A stretch of 64,000 nucleotides of DNA from Candidatus Aenigmatarchaeota archaeon (GTDB lineage: Archaea; Aenigmatarchaeota; Aenigmatarchaeia; PWEA01): NCBI GenBank assembly GCA_003554845.1, contig PWHK01000020.1, forward strand, positions 6,895 to 70,894, read 5' to 3'. Positions 48,209 through 57,704 of the stretch are shown one piece after another. A program made the position numbers and the translations under genes. Below the pieces are notes generated by a model. That model did no database searches. It had not been told where the DNA came from and worked only from the letters and a program-made list of their open reading frames with translations. Each line of letters opens with the position of its first letter. The first letter of the stretch is position 1.

Positions 48209-48466
48209 ATGAAAATCAAGTCCGGGAAGAGATTAAAGCCTCTGTACCTCGGAGCTCTGGTTTTAAGTTTGATAGTGATCCTTTCCATAATAGTTTTAAG
48301 CCTGGATATAACAGAGGGGCCCACCAAAGAAGATGAACTAAGCCGTTCTTGTGTAGGCTACCTCCAGAGAAACTGTTGCAGTAATCCAGAAATAGGTCGG
48401 TGCCAAGAGTTTGAAAACGAATTATGGACACACCAAGAAGATCCGTTTGATATATGTTGTGAATAA
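48209..48466 (+). CDS. small cysteine-rich membrane-anchored protein (85 aa)
   Basis: N-terminal TM helix and 7 Cys in the C-terminal 40 aa. Confidence 0.4.
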   Translation: MKIKSGKRLKPLYLGALVLSLIVILSIIVLSLDITEGPTKEDELSRSCVGYLQRNCCSNPEIGRCQEFENELWTHQEDPFDICCE

Positions 48467-48469
48467 ATA

Positions 48470-48781
48470 ATGTCAACTAAAAAAGGCTTAGGAGGCTCAA
48501 TTAGAATCGTCGTAGTATCAATAATCGTACTTGTTATTTTGTTCCTTGTTGCCACTTTTTTTGTCACAGGAAGTGAAGAACTGACGGAAATGGGGTTCCG
48601 CGGAAAGACCGAACTGGCCTGCCATAGATTCGAAACCAGGGGATGCTGCATAAACTACGATGAAGAGGATCCCGGACAGTGTGCTGTAGACAAGATATGG
48701 GAAGGCTACAACGAAGAAGAAATGGACGAAGAAGAATTAGAAAAACTGGAGGAAGTCGACTGGGAAGAAAAATGCTGCTGA
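48470..48781 (+). CDS. small cysteine-rich pilin-like protein (103 aa)
   Basis: MSTKKG|LGGSIRIVVVSIIVLVILF. Acidic Cys-rich tail ending CC. Confidence 0.45.
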   Translation: MSTKKGLGGSIRIVVVSIIVLVILFLVATFFVTGSEELTEMGFRGKTELACHRFETRGCCINYDEEDPGQCAVDKIWEGYNEEEMDEEELEKLEEVDWEEKCC

Positions 48782-48790
48782 GGGGATAAA

Positions 48791-49060
48791 ATGATTTCAA
48801 AAAAAGGTCTTGCGCTTCCGGTTACGATAATAATAGTCTTAGTTATATCCATTATAGTTCTGCTTATACTGATTACATTCATGGGATGGGGATGGGAAAC
48901 GGGGCCTATAAACCAGACACAGGAAGGAATAGACGAACAGTACGAAGAACAAGACCCTCTAGGAGATATATTCAACTCGACGCAAAATCACCACAGGACA
49001 TCAAAACACACACACAGGCCTGGTATACATACGGTGGAGGAATGGTTGGATGCTCGATAA
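48791..49060 (+). CDS. pilin-like protein (89 aa)
   Basis: MISKKG|LALPVTIIIVLVISIIVLL. Confidence 0.45.
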   Translation: MISKKGLALPVTIIIVLVISIIVLLILITFMGWGWETGPINQTQEGIDEQYEEQDPLGDIFNSTQNHHRTSKHTHRPGIHTVEEWLDAR

Positions 49061-49358
49061 AAGGGGTATAGAGCTTTCAATAAGGTTAATAGTTATTCTG
49101 CTTATCTCCACAATAGTACTTCTAGCAGTTCTCGTATTTTTCGGCAATGTGTGGGATACAAGTCCATTTGAACATGCCATGGGAAACTTAACGGAACAGC
49201 AGTCAGATCTAGGCAGTAAAAATCTCGGTGGTTTTGGAAGGATGGTGCGCCTGCCGGGATTTTCAGAGACATTGGAAAGATCAATGCTTCCTTTGAACCC
49301 GGGCTTCGAGCATGGGAGGCTCGAGTCCTACCAGACTAGACCACAGGCGCATATTTAG
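49050..49358 (+). CDS. pilin-like protein (102 aa)
   Basis: MLDKRG|IELSIRLIVILLISTIVLL. Overlaps the previous gene by 11 nt. Confidence 0.45.
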   Translation: MLDKRGIELSIRLIVILLISTIVLLAVLVFFGNVWDTSPFEHAMGNLTEQQSDLGSKNLGGFGRMVRLPGFSETLERSMLPLNPGFEHGRLESYQTRPQAHI

Positions 49359-49377
49359 AGCATCTTCTTGATCCTAT

Positions 49378-50229
49378 TTACTCCAGATCCGTACATGTCC
49401 TTCCGTAATGAAAAAGATATTCCTGGGCATAACCTGCATAATCTCCAAAGTAGTTCCTCATATTTTCCGATAGGATCTCGTAGTTCTTGGAATACTTTTC
49501 GCGGTACTCCTGTTTGACTATTCTCCTTACCCAAGTATCCACAGGGAAAGACTCGAGGAAGCCCAGAGAAAAAAGAAGTACACAGTCGGCTACCTTGTCT
49601 CCAACACCAGGAAGAACCTTAAGTTTTTCCTTTGCTTCGGTGTAGTCCATGGAACGGAGATTCTCCGGATCCACGGCACCGTCTCTTACCATCTCAGATG
49701 TTTTTTTGACGTACCCTGCTCTGTACCCTATGTTAAGATTTCTCAACTCATCTTCCGGTACATCTGCAAGAACCCCCGGTCCTGGAAACTGATTATACTC
49801 TCGGCCAAGTTCCAAAGGCTGTCCGTACTTCGCCCTGATATCCATTTGGATCCTCAATATCCTCGGTATCTGCATTTGGGACGATGTTATATATGATATG
49901 AGACACGGAAAGAACTCATCTCTTACAATACGGAGACCGTGGTTTACAGCAACAGCCCTTTCCATGAACCCGTCCTTGTTTATACATCTGTAAATTTCAT
50001 CCAAAGGATCGTCGAGCCTTAGTACATCTACAGGATCTACCCTGTTTCCAAGGCAGTCGTACATAAGCCTATCACCTTCCTGCCATACCTTCAAAATACC
50101 GCCGTTTCTCACTGTAAAGTACTTTTGCACACCTTCCTCCTCTGTTTTGCTCCATGAAAATGTCTGTCCGCATTCAAGCGTCTGTCTCAGGCTAAAGGGA
50201 ATATCTGTGAGATCCAGTATTTCAGTCAT
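49378..50229 (-). CDS. 8-oxoguanine DNA glycosylase (Ogg-type, HhH-GPD)
   Basis: N-terminal LECGQTFSW block and HhH-GPD motif LKVLPGVGDKVADCVLLF. Start trimmed to the internal Met MTEILDL. Confidence 0.65.
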   Translation of the reverse strand: MTEILDLTDIPFSLRQTLECGQTFSWSKTEEEGVQKYFTVRNGGILKVWQEGDRLMYDCLGNRVDPVDVLRLDDPLDEIYRCINKDGFMERAVAVNHGLRIVRDEFFPCLISYITSSQMQIPRILRIQMDIRAKYGQPLELGREYNQFPGPGVLADVPEDELRNLNIGYRAGYVKKTSEMVRDGAVDPENLRSMDYTEAKEKLKVLPGVGDKVADCVLLFSLGFLESFPVDTWVRRIVKQEYREKYSKNYEILSENMRNYFGDYAGYAQEYLFHYGRTCTDLE

Positions 50230-50449
50230 CCATATCACCTGCCTTTCTAAATACCCCGTCGGAATCCTTTGGTATAGGCCGCGAGCATCGGTTTGTCTTC
50301 TCCTTGTAGGTCCTGCCGCAGTTGTGACATCTGACCCTTTTCTCCGCCTTGGACTTCTGTTTGAACCCACAAACAGGACAGCTATGGTAAAAGACTCTTT
50401 TCTTCATCGAACATAGTTTGGACTTCATGTCTAAAAAGTTATGTGGCAA
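50222..50449 (-). CDS. small zinc-ribbon protein
   Basis: CPVCGF ... CHNCGR. A start at the internal Met MKKRVFY is also possible. Confidence 0.4.
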   Translation of the reverse strand: MPHNFLDMKSKLCSMKKRVFYHSCPVCGFKQKSKAEKRVRCHNCGRTYKEKTNRCSRPIPKDSDGVFRKAGDMDD

Positions 50450-50981
50450 AACAACAGCATATTTAAATTGCTATACGAAAGAATTGATCATGTCGAAGCT
50501 GTACCTTGATATAGAAACCACAGGCCTCAGCAGGGAAAGAAATGAAGTTACAGTCGTCGGGGCCTACGACGGAGATAAAGTATACCAACTTGTAAAGGGA
50601 AGGAACCTCAGCCATAAGAGCATAGAAGATCTACTCTGTCTTGCCGAGGAAATAGTTACGTACAACGGAAAACGCTTCGATATACCCTTTCTGGAACACA
50701 ACTACGATCTAAATATAGACATCGACCACAGGGATCTGATGTATCTTGGATGGAAGTGTGATCTCAAGGGAGGTCTTAAGGCAATAGAGAAGAAGTTAGG
50801 CATAGGAAGAGATTCCGGGGTATGTGGTGGATCAGAAGCAGTCAGACTCTGGAAAAGGTACAAAAACAAGGACTGTCGAGAATCACTTAGAAAACTTCTT
50901 ATGTACAACAGAGAGGACGTAGTGAATCTGGTAGAGGTGGAGAAGGTTATATTAAAGAGACTGGAAAAACAAAATTCCTGA
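50418..50981 (+). CDS. RNase H-like fold 3'-5' exonuclease family protein (DEDD-type); start probably ATG 50490
   Basis: LYLDIETTGL Exo I-like motif. TATA-like atttaaatt about 25 nt before ATG 50490. Confidence 0.45.
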   Translation: MDFMSKKLCGKTTAYLNCYTKELIMSKLYLDIETTGLSRERNEVTVVGAYDGDKVYQLVKGRNLSHKSIEDLLCLAEEIVTYNGKRFDIPFLEHNYDLNIDIDHRDLMYLGWKCDLKGGLKAIEKKLGIGRDSGVCGGSEAVRLWKRYKNKDCRESLRKLLMYNREDVVNLVEVEKVILKRLEKQNS

Positions 50982-50987
50982 GAAGAG

Positions 50988-51371
50988 ATGGGTCAAAAAA
51001 ACAGAGGCATTTACTTTCTTTTGATTCAGCTAAATCAAAAAAAGAATATAAAAGTAGGTAGCCTTGGACGCTTCGAGTTTCAGCCCGGAAAATACTGTTA
51101 CGTCGGATCCGGAATGAACAACCTTGATAAAAGAGTAGAAAGACATCTGTCCGACGACAAGAAAAAACACTGGCACATAGACTATTTTCTCGACAAAGCA
51201 GAGGTCGTGGCAACAGTAAAGATACGAACGGACAAGGAAAGTGAATGTTTACTAAACAGGGCCATATCTATTCTGAGCGAAGAGACTCCGGTTGAAAATT
51301 TTGGGTCTTCGGACTGTGGATGTAAGTCACATCTCCATCTAATGGAAGGGTTGCATGATATCAAGGCTTAA
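50988..51371 (+). CDS. DUF123 (GIY-YIG-like nuclease superfamily) protein
   Basis: GIYFLLIQL ... GKYCYVGSG ... RVERHL pattern typical of archaeal DUF123. Confidence 0.55.
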   Translation: MGQKNRGIYFLLIQLNQKKNIKVGSLGRFEFQPGKYCYVGSGMNNLDKRVERHLSDDKKKHWHIDYFLDKAEVVATVKIRTDKESECLLNRAISILSEETPVENFGSSDCGCKSHLHLMEGLHDIKA

Positions 51372-51395
51372 ATACTTTACTGACTTTATAATGGA

Positions 51396-51713
51396 ATGTT
51401 GTACACAAAGAAGAAAGGAGGTGAAAAAATGGACCAAGAAGATGTAAAAAATTCCAATATATACTCTCTACAGGAATTCAAGGATGCTGTACAGGATCCC
51501 TTTTCCACCGACGTCGGTGCCGTTGCCATGAACTTCACTCCCAAAAACTGCAAGGAAAGGTTCTACAAGGCAATTGTTCTCGAGGGTGAATATCTTTTAG
51601 ACGAAGCAGAAAAGGAATACAGGTCTGTACTCGACGAGGTCAAAGGATGCGACGAAGACATAGAGTTCATGGCCAGCTACAGATTGAACAAACTATCCGG
51701 AATAAAGGATTGA
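51396..51713 (+). CDS. hypothetical protein
   Basis: 105 aa ORF. Confidence 0.35.
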   Translation: MLYTKKKGGEKMDQEDVKNSNIYSLQEFKDAVQDPFSTDVGAVAMNFTPKNCKERFYKAIVLEGEYLLDEAEKEYRSVLDEVKGCDEDIEFMASYRLNKLSGIKD

Positions 51714-51773
51714 AAAGACCAAATACCTGTAAATATTTAAAAAGGTAGTTGTCTAAGATAAGAAGGGGATAGT

Positions 51774-52319
51774 GTGTTAAGGAAATTAAAAGAAAGTTTT
51801 TTCTCGGCTTCTCGAAAAAGCGGAAGCTCGACAGATAGTCCTTACCCTAGGATAGACGACAGTGCATGGGTTGCTCCTGATGCTGTACTCATAGGTGATG
51901 TAGAGATAGGAGAAAACAGCTCTGTCTGGCCGGGTACTGTAATACGAGCAGACATAGGAAAGGTCGTCATAGGAAAAAATACAAACATACAGGACAATGT
52001 CGTTATTCATCCGAACTCTAAGAACGGTGTTAGGATAGGCGACAACGTCACTGTAGCCCACGGAACAGTACTCGACGGGTGTGATGTAGACGACAACGCA
52101 TTGATAGGAATAAACGTCACGGCTCTGCACCACAGCAAGATAAGAAGAAACAACATAATCGGAGCCGGTAGTTTGCTTCCACCTGGAACAGAGACAGAAC
52201 CCAACTCGGTATACAGCGGAAGTCCTGTCGAAAAGGTAAGAGAGCTTCAGGATCAAGACAGAGAAGTTACAGAAAAGATGGCAAGAAGCTATATAAGCCT
52301 CAAGGGAGAATACCAGTAA
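51774..52319 (+). CDS. gamma-carbonic anhydrase-like hexapeptide-repeat protein
   Basis: WVAPDAVLIGDVEIGENSSVWPGTVIRAD left-handed beta-helix repeats with His ligands. Confidence 0.75.
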   Translation: MLRKLKESFFSASRKSGSSTDSPYPRIDDSAWVAPDAVLIGDVEIGENSSVWPGTVIRADIGKVVIGKNTNIQDNVVIHPNSKNGVRIGDNVTVAHGTVLDGCDVDDNALIGINVTALHHSKIRRNNIIGAGSLLPPGTETEPNSVYSGSPVEKVRELQDQDREVTEKMARSYISLKGEYQ

Positions 52320-52343
52320 CGCTGTATCCCTCGCTGATGGCCT

Positions 52344-53366
52344 ATGGGTGTGGATATCGCGGATCTCATTGAACCTGAAGAATCTTCTTTAGATGCATTC
52401 AAAGGCAGGACCTTTGCAGTCGATTCACTTAATATGATGTACCAGTTTCTTTCGATAATAAGACAACCAGACGGAGAACCGCTTAAAGACTCAAAGGGGA
52501 GGGTAACGTCCCACCTTTCAGGTCTATTCTACAGAACTGCAAAGCTTGTGGAATATGAAATAAAACCATTCTACGTCTTCGACGGAAAACCCCCTGAATT
52601 CAAAAAAACTGTAAACAGGGAAAGAAGGAAGAGAAGAGAAAAAGCAAAGGAGAAACACAAGGAAGCCCTTAGAGAAGGAAAAAAGAAAAAGGCAAAGAAG
52701 TATGCCATGCAGTCGGTAACTGTCCAGGAAGAAATGGTACAGCAGTCAAAGGATTTGCTTGACGCCATGGGAATACCCTGGATACAGGCCCCGGGTGAAG
52801 GAGAAGCACAGGCTGCATTTATGGCAAAGGGAGGTGATGCCTGGGCAGTAGGAAGCCAGGACTTTGATTCGCTTCTATTCGGCGCTCCTGTTCTCGTAAG
52901 AAACCTAACAATCACCGGAAAAAGAAAGCTCCCAAATAAAAAAGAGTATGTGGAGATAAGGCCAGAGAAGATTGAACTCGGAAAAATACTAGATGGTTTG
53001 GGGATTAGTAGGGAGCAACTAGTTATAATGGGAATACTGGTAGGGACTGACTATGCTCCAGGTGGAGTAAAGGGTATAGGACCTAAGAATGCTTTAAAGA
53101 TAGTAAAGAAACATGGAGATCTCCGCTCTGTGATAAAAGAAGTCGACTGGTCATTTGAAAAGGATCCAGAAGACATAATGAATCTCTTCATGAATCCATC
53201 CGTTACAGAAAACTACAGTTTGGAATGGCATGAACCCAGAGAGGATGACATTAAGAAGTTTCTATGTGACGAACATGACTTCTCCGAAAACAGAATCAAA
53301 AAACCCATAGAGAAACTGAAGAAAAATAGAAATTCAGGGACACAGTCAAGGCTTGATTCCTTCTAG
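52344..53366 (+). CDS. fen: flap endonuclease 1 (FEN-1)
   Basis: XPG-N/XPG-I domains (MGVDIADLI ... AVDSLNMMYQFL ... GEGEAQAA ... ). Confidence 0.9.
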   Translation: MGVDIADLIEPEESSLDAFKGRTFAVDSLNMMYQFLSIIRQPDGEPLKDSKGRVTSHLSGLFYRTAKLVEYEIKPFYVFDGKPPEFKKTVNRERRKRREKAKEKHKEALREGKKKKAKKYAMQSVTVQEEMVQQSKDLLDAMGIPWIQAPGEGEAQAAFMAKGGDAWAVGSQDFDSLLFGAPVLVRNLTITGKRKLPNKKEYVEIRPEKIELGKILDGLGISREQLVIMGILVGTDYAPGGVKGIGPKNALKIVKKHGDLRSVIKEVDWSFEKDPEDIMNLFMNPSVTENYSLEWHEPREDDIKKFLCDEHDFSENRIKKPIEKLKKNRNSGTQSRLDSF

Positions 53367-54605
53367 ATCGAGTTTAACGCCAAGTAAGTCGTACACAATT
53401 TTTTCGATATCATCTCCCATACTTCCGAGGTCTCTGTTGATTTTTCTTATCTCCTCTTCTTTCTTTTTCAGTCTTTGTCTGAGTTCTTCGATTTCTTCGT
53501 TCTTTCTTTTTACTTTGTTATTGATAGAACTGACTTTGTCTTCTATGGAGAGACTTTCAATGGACTTCTCTGCATCTTCTATCTCTTGTTTGAGTTTGGT
53601 TATGGACTCTATGCAGTCCTTTATATCGGAAAGATCTGTTTTATTAAGCTCAGATTCCAGCCTTTGGGTCTCGTCTTCAGAAAAATCAAGTTCGTTTCCA
53701 TCAAGACTACTTTCGAGTCTTCCAACTGTATCTCTTAGGAATAAAAGATCATTGTCCCTTGTTGCAGTCTCCACAGGTGATTTAATATAACCTTCAAGCA
53801 TCTCTTCTCTTCCACCGTCGATTCCAAAATACTTCATCTTCTTGAAGCCTCTCTTCAGGGGAGCAATAGAGGTTCGGATTCTGTTCTCCTGTTTCTTTAT
53901 CCTTTTTTCTAGATCAGTAATTTTTTCTTTCTTGGACTCTATGGCTTCTGTATCCTCGGATATTCTGATATTCTTCAGTCTATTTTTCAGATTTTCCCTC
54001 TCTCTCAGGCTATCCTCCAGCTTCCGTTCTATATTTTTCTTTTCTTCAAACAGATCCGGAAGCCTTCTTCTTTTCTCAGACATCTCTCTGTACTTTCTGA
54101 CTACAGAAACCGTCCTTTCTAGGTCTTCGTCCACGTCTAACCTGTTTTCCAGGTCTTTCATACTGTCCACTATGTTCTTTGTAGCATCGGGCTGGGCCTT
54201 GCTAAGTACAACAAGACTCTTCTTGACCTTGTCTGATATCTTATCGAGCTCGGATGATTTCTCCGAAAGAAAACGTTTCATTTTGGAATATCCTTCCTCA
54301 TCCGGAACTTCGAAGTGGTCTATAAAACTCCGGAGTCTTCCGATTAAAACCTTTCTGTTCGAAACAGCCATCTTTCTCAGCCTTGGAGAAATATCATCCG
54401 GAACTTCTGTATCCTCGAATCTATCCAGAGAATTCCCAAGACTTTCCACAAAACCGTCTATCCGAGAATATATATAATCCACGTCACTCCACTCTAAGTC
54501 CTCGAGACCCTCCAGCTCGTTGTAGAACCAGTCTTCAAACTCCTGGAAAACAACGGATTCCTCTCTTTCCTGGTCGTCGGACAGGAAACCAAACAATGGA
54601 GACAT
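53346..54605 (-). CDS. hypothetical long coiled-coil protein
   Basis: 419 aa, highly charged heptad-rich. Chosen over the antisense 211-aa low-complexity ORF. Confidence 0.45.
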   Translation of the reverse strand: MSPLFGFLSDDQEREESVVFQEFEDWFYNELEGLEDLEWSDVDYIYSRIDGFVESLGNSLDRFEDTEVPDDISPRLRKMAVSNRKVLIGRLRSFIDHFEVPDEEGYSKMKRFLSEKSSELDKISDKVKKSLVVLSKAQPDATKNIVDSMKDLENRLDVDEDLERTVSVVRKYREMSEKRRRLPDLFEEKKNIERKLEDSLRERENLKNRLKNIRISEDTEAIESKKEKITDLEKRIKKQENRIRTSIAPLKRGFKKMKYFGIDGGREEMLEGYIKSPVETATRDNDLLFLRDTVGRLESSLDGNELDFSEDETQRLESELNKTDLSDIKDCIESITKLKQEIEDAEKSIESLSIEDKVSSINNKVKRKNEEIEELRQRLKKKEEEIRKINRDLGSMGDDIEKIVYDLLGVKLDLEGIKP

Positions 54606-54627
54606 ATCTAAAACTTCTTTTCTGAAC

Positions 54628-55278
54628 TCAAAAACCTTTCTCTCCCTTCAGCTCAACGAAACGGTAACCCCTTTCCTTTCTTATAGTCTCGACACTGTTC
54701 TCATCTGTCTTCTCTACGACAACCAGATTGTGTAGAACTGCACCCGAAACAGGACATACTATCCTACCACCAACCTTCAGCTGATCGATCCATTCGTCCT
54801 GTATCCTCGGTGAAACTGCAGTACATATTATACCATCGTATGGAGCATACTCACCTAAACCCCAGGAACCATCCCCAACAAAAACATGTACATTTTCCTT
54901 ACCTACATCCCTCAGTTTCTTCCGTGCCTTTTCTGCCAGATCATCCACCAGCTCGACCGTGTACACCTTACCCGACTCTCCAACTACATCAGACAGTACA
55001 GCAGACTGCCATCCTGATCCCGTTCCTATCTCAAGCACCCTATCTCCTTCCTTCACTTCCAAATATTCTGTCATCTTAGCCACGACCGAGGGCTGCGACA
55101 CTGTCTGACCATGGCCTATAGAAAGAGGTAAATCCAGATATGCCCGTTCAACCTCATCATCCGGAACAAAGAGGTGTCTTGGAGCTCTTCTTATGGCCTT
55201 CTCAACATGGTCTGATGTAAGATTACCTTTGGCCTTCATACGTTCAATTAAAGAATCGATGTCCTCTTGTTTGTTCAT
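54628..55278 (-). CDS. pcm: protein-L-isoaspartate O-methyltransferase
   Basis: GQTVSQPSVVA and VLEIGTGSGWQSAVL motifs. Confidence 0.85.
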   Translation of the reverse strand: MNKQEDIDSLIERMKAKGNLTSDHVEKAIRRAPRHLFVPDDEVERAYLDLPLSIGHGQTVSQPSVVAKMTEYLEVKEGDRVLEIGTGSGWQSAVLSDVVGESGKVYTVELVDDLAEKARKKLRDVGKENVHVFVGDGSWGLGEYAPYDGIICTAVSPRIQDEWIDQLKVGGRIVCPVSGAVLHNLVVVEKTDENSVETIRKERGYRFVELKGEKGF

Positions 55279-55316
55279 AGAAAACCTTTTAATTATCGCT
55301 CCACATAAAGTTTTCT

Positions 55317-56171
55317 ATGTCGATGCCCGATGTCGATGAGACCGTAAGGAAGATAAAGGATCTTGAAATACAGGGTGCACAGACAATAGCCAGGGAGAGT
55401 TTAACGGTTCTTTCTAAGATAGTCGAAGAGGAAGGCTTCAGTGATAGATTCAACAAAGCAGCAGAAAAGCTAAAAAATGCACGGCCGACTGGTGTCTCCG
55501 CCCATAACTGTATAGACTTTGTAAAGAGAAGAGGTGAAATCGAAGCCATAGATGCAACCATAGACTATCTCAACACAGCAAAGGACGATGCAGGCAGGAT
55601 AGCTGCAGACATGGTGGAGGATGAATCCATAATACTTACACACTGCCACTCCTCTGCTGTAATATCAGCCTTCGAGAAGATGATGGATCTCGATAGAAAC
55701 TTCAGGGTCATAGTCACAGAAACAGAACCAAAGTTACAGGGAGTTAAAACCGCAAAGGAACTCCACGACATGGGCGTTCCCGTTAACTATATAGTAGATG
55801 CAGCAGCCGGTCTCTACATGTGGGCTGCAGACTACGTCTTTGTAGGCGTGGACTCGATCAAACCGTCGGGTGTGTTGAACAAGATAGGAACATATCTGCT
55901 ATCATTGGCTGCCGCCGAAGACGACGAAACAGAGTTCTGGTTTTTGGCCACGAAGGACAAGTTCGACTACGACAACTTTTCAACTCTGGAAGAAAGATCA
56001 CCCGACGAAATACAGGAACACGAGCATCTAGAAAAGAAGCATGAGCTTGTACTTGAAAACCCTGCCTTTGACATAACACCCTGGTCGAAGATAGACAAAC
56101 TAATAACAGAGGACGGTGCAATGAAAAAACATGAAATAATGGAAGAGTTAAAAGGAAGGTTTACAATATAA
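55317..56171 (+). CDS. ribose-1,5-bisphosphate isomerase (e2b2/eIF-2B alpha-beta-delta family)
   Basis: ILTHCHSSAVISAF ... VTETEPKLQGVKTAKEL ... GVDSI ... NKIGTYLL matches the archaeal R15P isomerase of the AMP pathway. Confidence 0.8.
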   Translation: MSMPDVDETVRKIKDLEIQGAQTIARESLTVLSKIVEEEGFSDRFNKAAEKLKNARPTGVSAHNCIDFVKRRGEIEAIDATIDYLNTAKDDAGRIAADMVEDESIILTHCHSSAVISAFEKMMDLDRNFRVIVTETEPKLQGVKTAKELHDMGVPVNYIVDAAAGLYMWAADYVFVGVDSIKPSGVLNKIGTYLLSLAAAEDDETEFWFLATKDKFDYDNFSTLEERSPDEIQEHEHLEKKHELVLENPAFDITPWSKIDKLITEDGAMKKHEIMEELKGRFTI

Positions 56172-56177
56172 CAAGAG

Positions 56178-57449
56178 ATGAAGCATATGAACTTTATAGA
56201 CACAGAATACGAACCAAAGAAAAACGATCTTATCTGCCTTTTCAAAATAGAACCATCAGAAGGCTTTAGTTTCGAAGAAGCCGCATCCAACATAGCCAAG
56301 GAGTCAAGCGTAGGAACATGGACACATATAGGAACAGTAAACGAAAGGGCCAAGAGAATAAAGGCAAGAGTATATGATATAGATAAACCATACGCAAAGA
56401 TAGCATATCCCAAGGAACTCTTCGAACTCGATAGCGTACCACAACTGCTCTCTTCTGTAGGCGGAAATATATTCGGAATGAAGCTTCTCAAAAGTCTAAG
56501 GCTCGAGGACATAAAATTTCCGCCTGGGATGGTGGACCAGTTCGATGGACCCCAGGTAGGTCTAAGCGGAATAAGGGACCTCTTTTCTGTAAAGGAAAGG
56601 CCTATGCTTGGAACAATTGTTAAACCAAAGCTAGGTCTGGACTCAAAGGGACACGCAGAGGTCGCCTACAAAGCATGGAAGGGTGGTCTTGATATTGTCA
56701 AAGACGATGAAAACCTTACATCGATGACTTTCAACACGTTCCGCAGAAGGATAGATGAAACAATGAAACTCAAGGAAAGGGCCGAAGAAGAAACAGGTGA
56801 AAGAAAGGAGTATATGGGAAATATAACAGCTCCTGTATCGGAGATGAAGGAAAGGGCCGATTACTTGATAGAAAAGGGAAGCAACTACGTTATGATAGAT
56901 ATAATAACAACAGGATGGAGTGCTCTACAAGAGATGCGTGACTACCTCGAAGGAAAGGATACTGTAATACACTGCCACCGCGCAGGACACGCCGCCTTTA
57001 CAAGGAGCAAGAAACACGGCATAAGTATGCTCACAGTAGCCAAACTCACAAGACTCATAGGAGGAGATCAACTACACATAGGCACAGCCGGTGTAGGGAA
57101 GATGGAAGGCGATGAAAAAAAAGTTCTCAGGATAGAGGAGTCTATAGAATCAAAGAAAATCAATGAAGAAAGAGGAAGGCTTGGTCAGGACTGGAAAAAT
57201 ATAAAGAAGGTCTTTGCTGTTGCATCCGGTGGTCTTCAACCAGGTAACATGCCTGGACTTGTTGGGAGAATGGGTAAGGACATTGTTGCACAGTTCGGCG
57301 GAGGCTGCCATGGACATCCCGATGGAACAGAGGCAGGTGCAAGGGCAATAAGACAAGCATGCCGAGCCGTTATAAACGAAGAAAATCTAGACGAAGCTGC
57401 AAAGGAAAACAGCGAACTGAGGAGGGCTCTCGAAAAATGGGGTCAATAA
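56178..57449 (+). CDS. rbcL: ribulose-1,5-bisphosphate carboxylase/oxygenase large subunit, type III
   Basis: VKPKLGL, KDDENLTS, GNITAP, HCHRAGHAAFTR, GGGCHGHPDG active-site blocks. Confidence 0.9.
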   Translation: MKHMNFIDTEYEPKKNDLICLFKIEPSEGFSFEEAASNIAKESSVGTWTHIGTVNERAKRIKARVYDIDKPYAKIAYPKELFELDSVPQLLSSVGGNIFGMKLLKSLRLEDIKFPPGMVDQFDGPQVGLSGIRDLFSVKERPMLGTIVKPKLGLDSKGHAEVAYKAWKGGLDIVKDDENLTSMTFNTFRRRIDETMKLKERAEEETGERKEYMGNITAPVSEMKERADYLIEKGSNYVMIDIITTGWSALQEMRDYLEGKDTVIHCHRAGHAAFTRSKKHGISMLTVAKLTRLIGGDQLHIGTAGVGKMEGDEKKVLRIEESIESKKINEERGRLGQDWKNIKKVFAVASGGLQPGNMPGLVGRMGKDIVAQFGGGCHGHPDGTEAGARAIRQACRAVINEENLDEAAKENSELRRALEKWGQ

Positions 57450-57694
57450 TAAACATAGGATGGATAGGAGCTCTGCTGCTTTTGGCTGCATGGATGCCCG
57501 AAACGATAACGACAATGAAAAGCGAGAGTCTTGAAGCACTGAACCCCAAGTTTATATTCTTCAGCTTTCTCGGATCGGTTTCACTTGCGCTCCATTCCTA
57601 CAGAATAGGCGACATGGCCTTTCTCTTTATGAACACAACTCTGTCTATAGTTGTTGCCATAGAACTCGCAGTTTATTTTTATAAATCAAACTAA
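57437..57694 (+). CDS. small membrane protein (85 aa) between rbcL and the AMP phosphorylase gene
   Basis: MGSIINIGWIGALLLLAAW ... with 3 TM helices. Overlaps the rbcL stop by 13 nt. Confidence 0.35.
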   Translation: MGSIINIGWIGALLLLAAWMPETITTMKSESLEALNPKFIFFSFLGSVSLALHSYRIGDMAFLFMNTTLSIVVAIELAVYFYKSN

Positions 57695-57704
57695 CTCTTT
57701 AGTT

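Noticed and set aside
53842-54477. 211-aa plus-strand ORF overlapping the 419-aa coiled-coil gene
   Set aside because: Ser/Leu/Phe low-complexity composition. The minus-strand frame gives a longer, charge-balanced coiled-coil protein with better start context.
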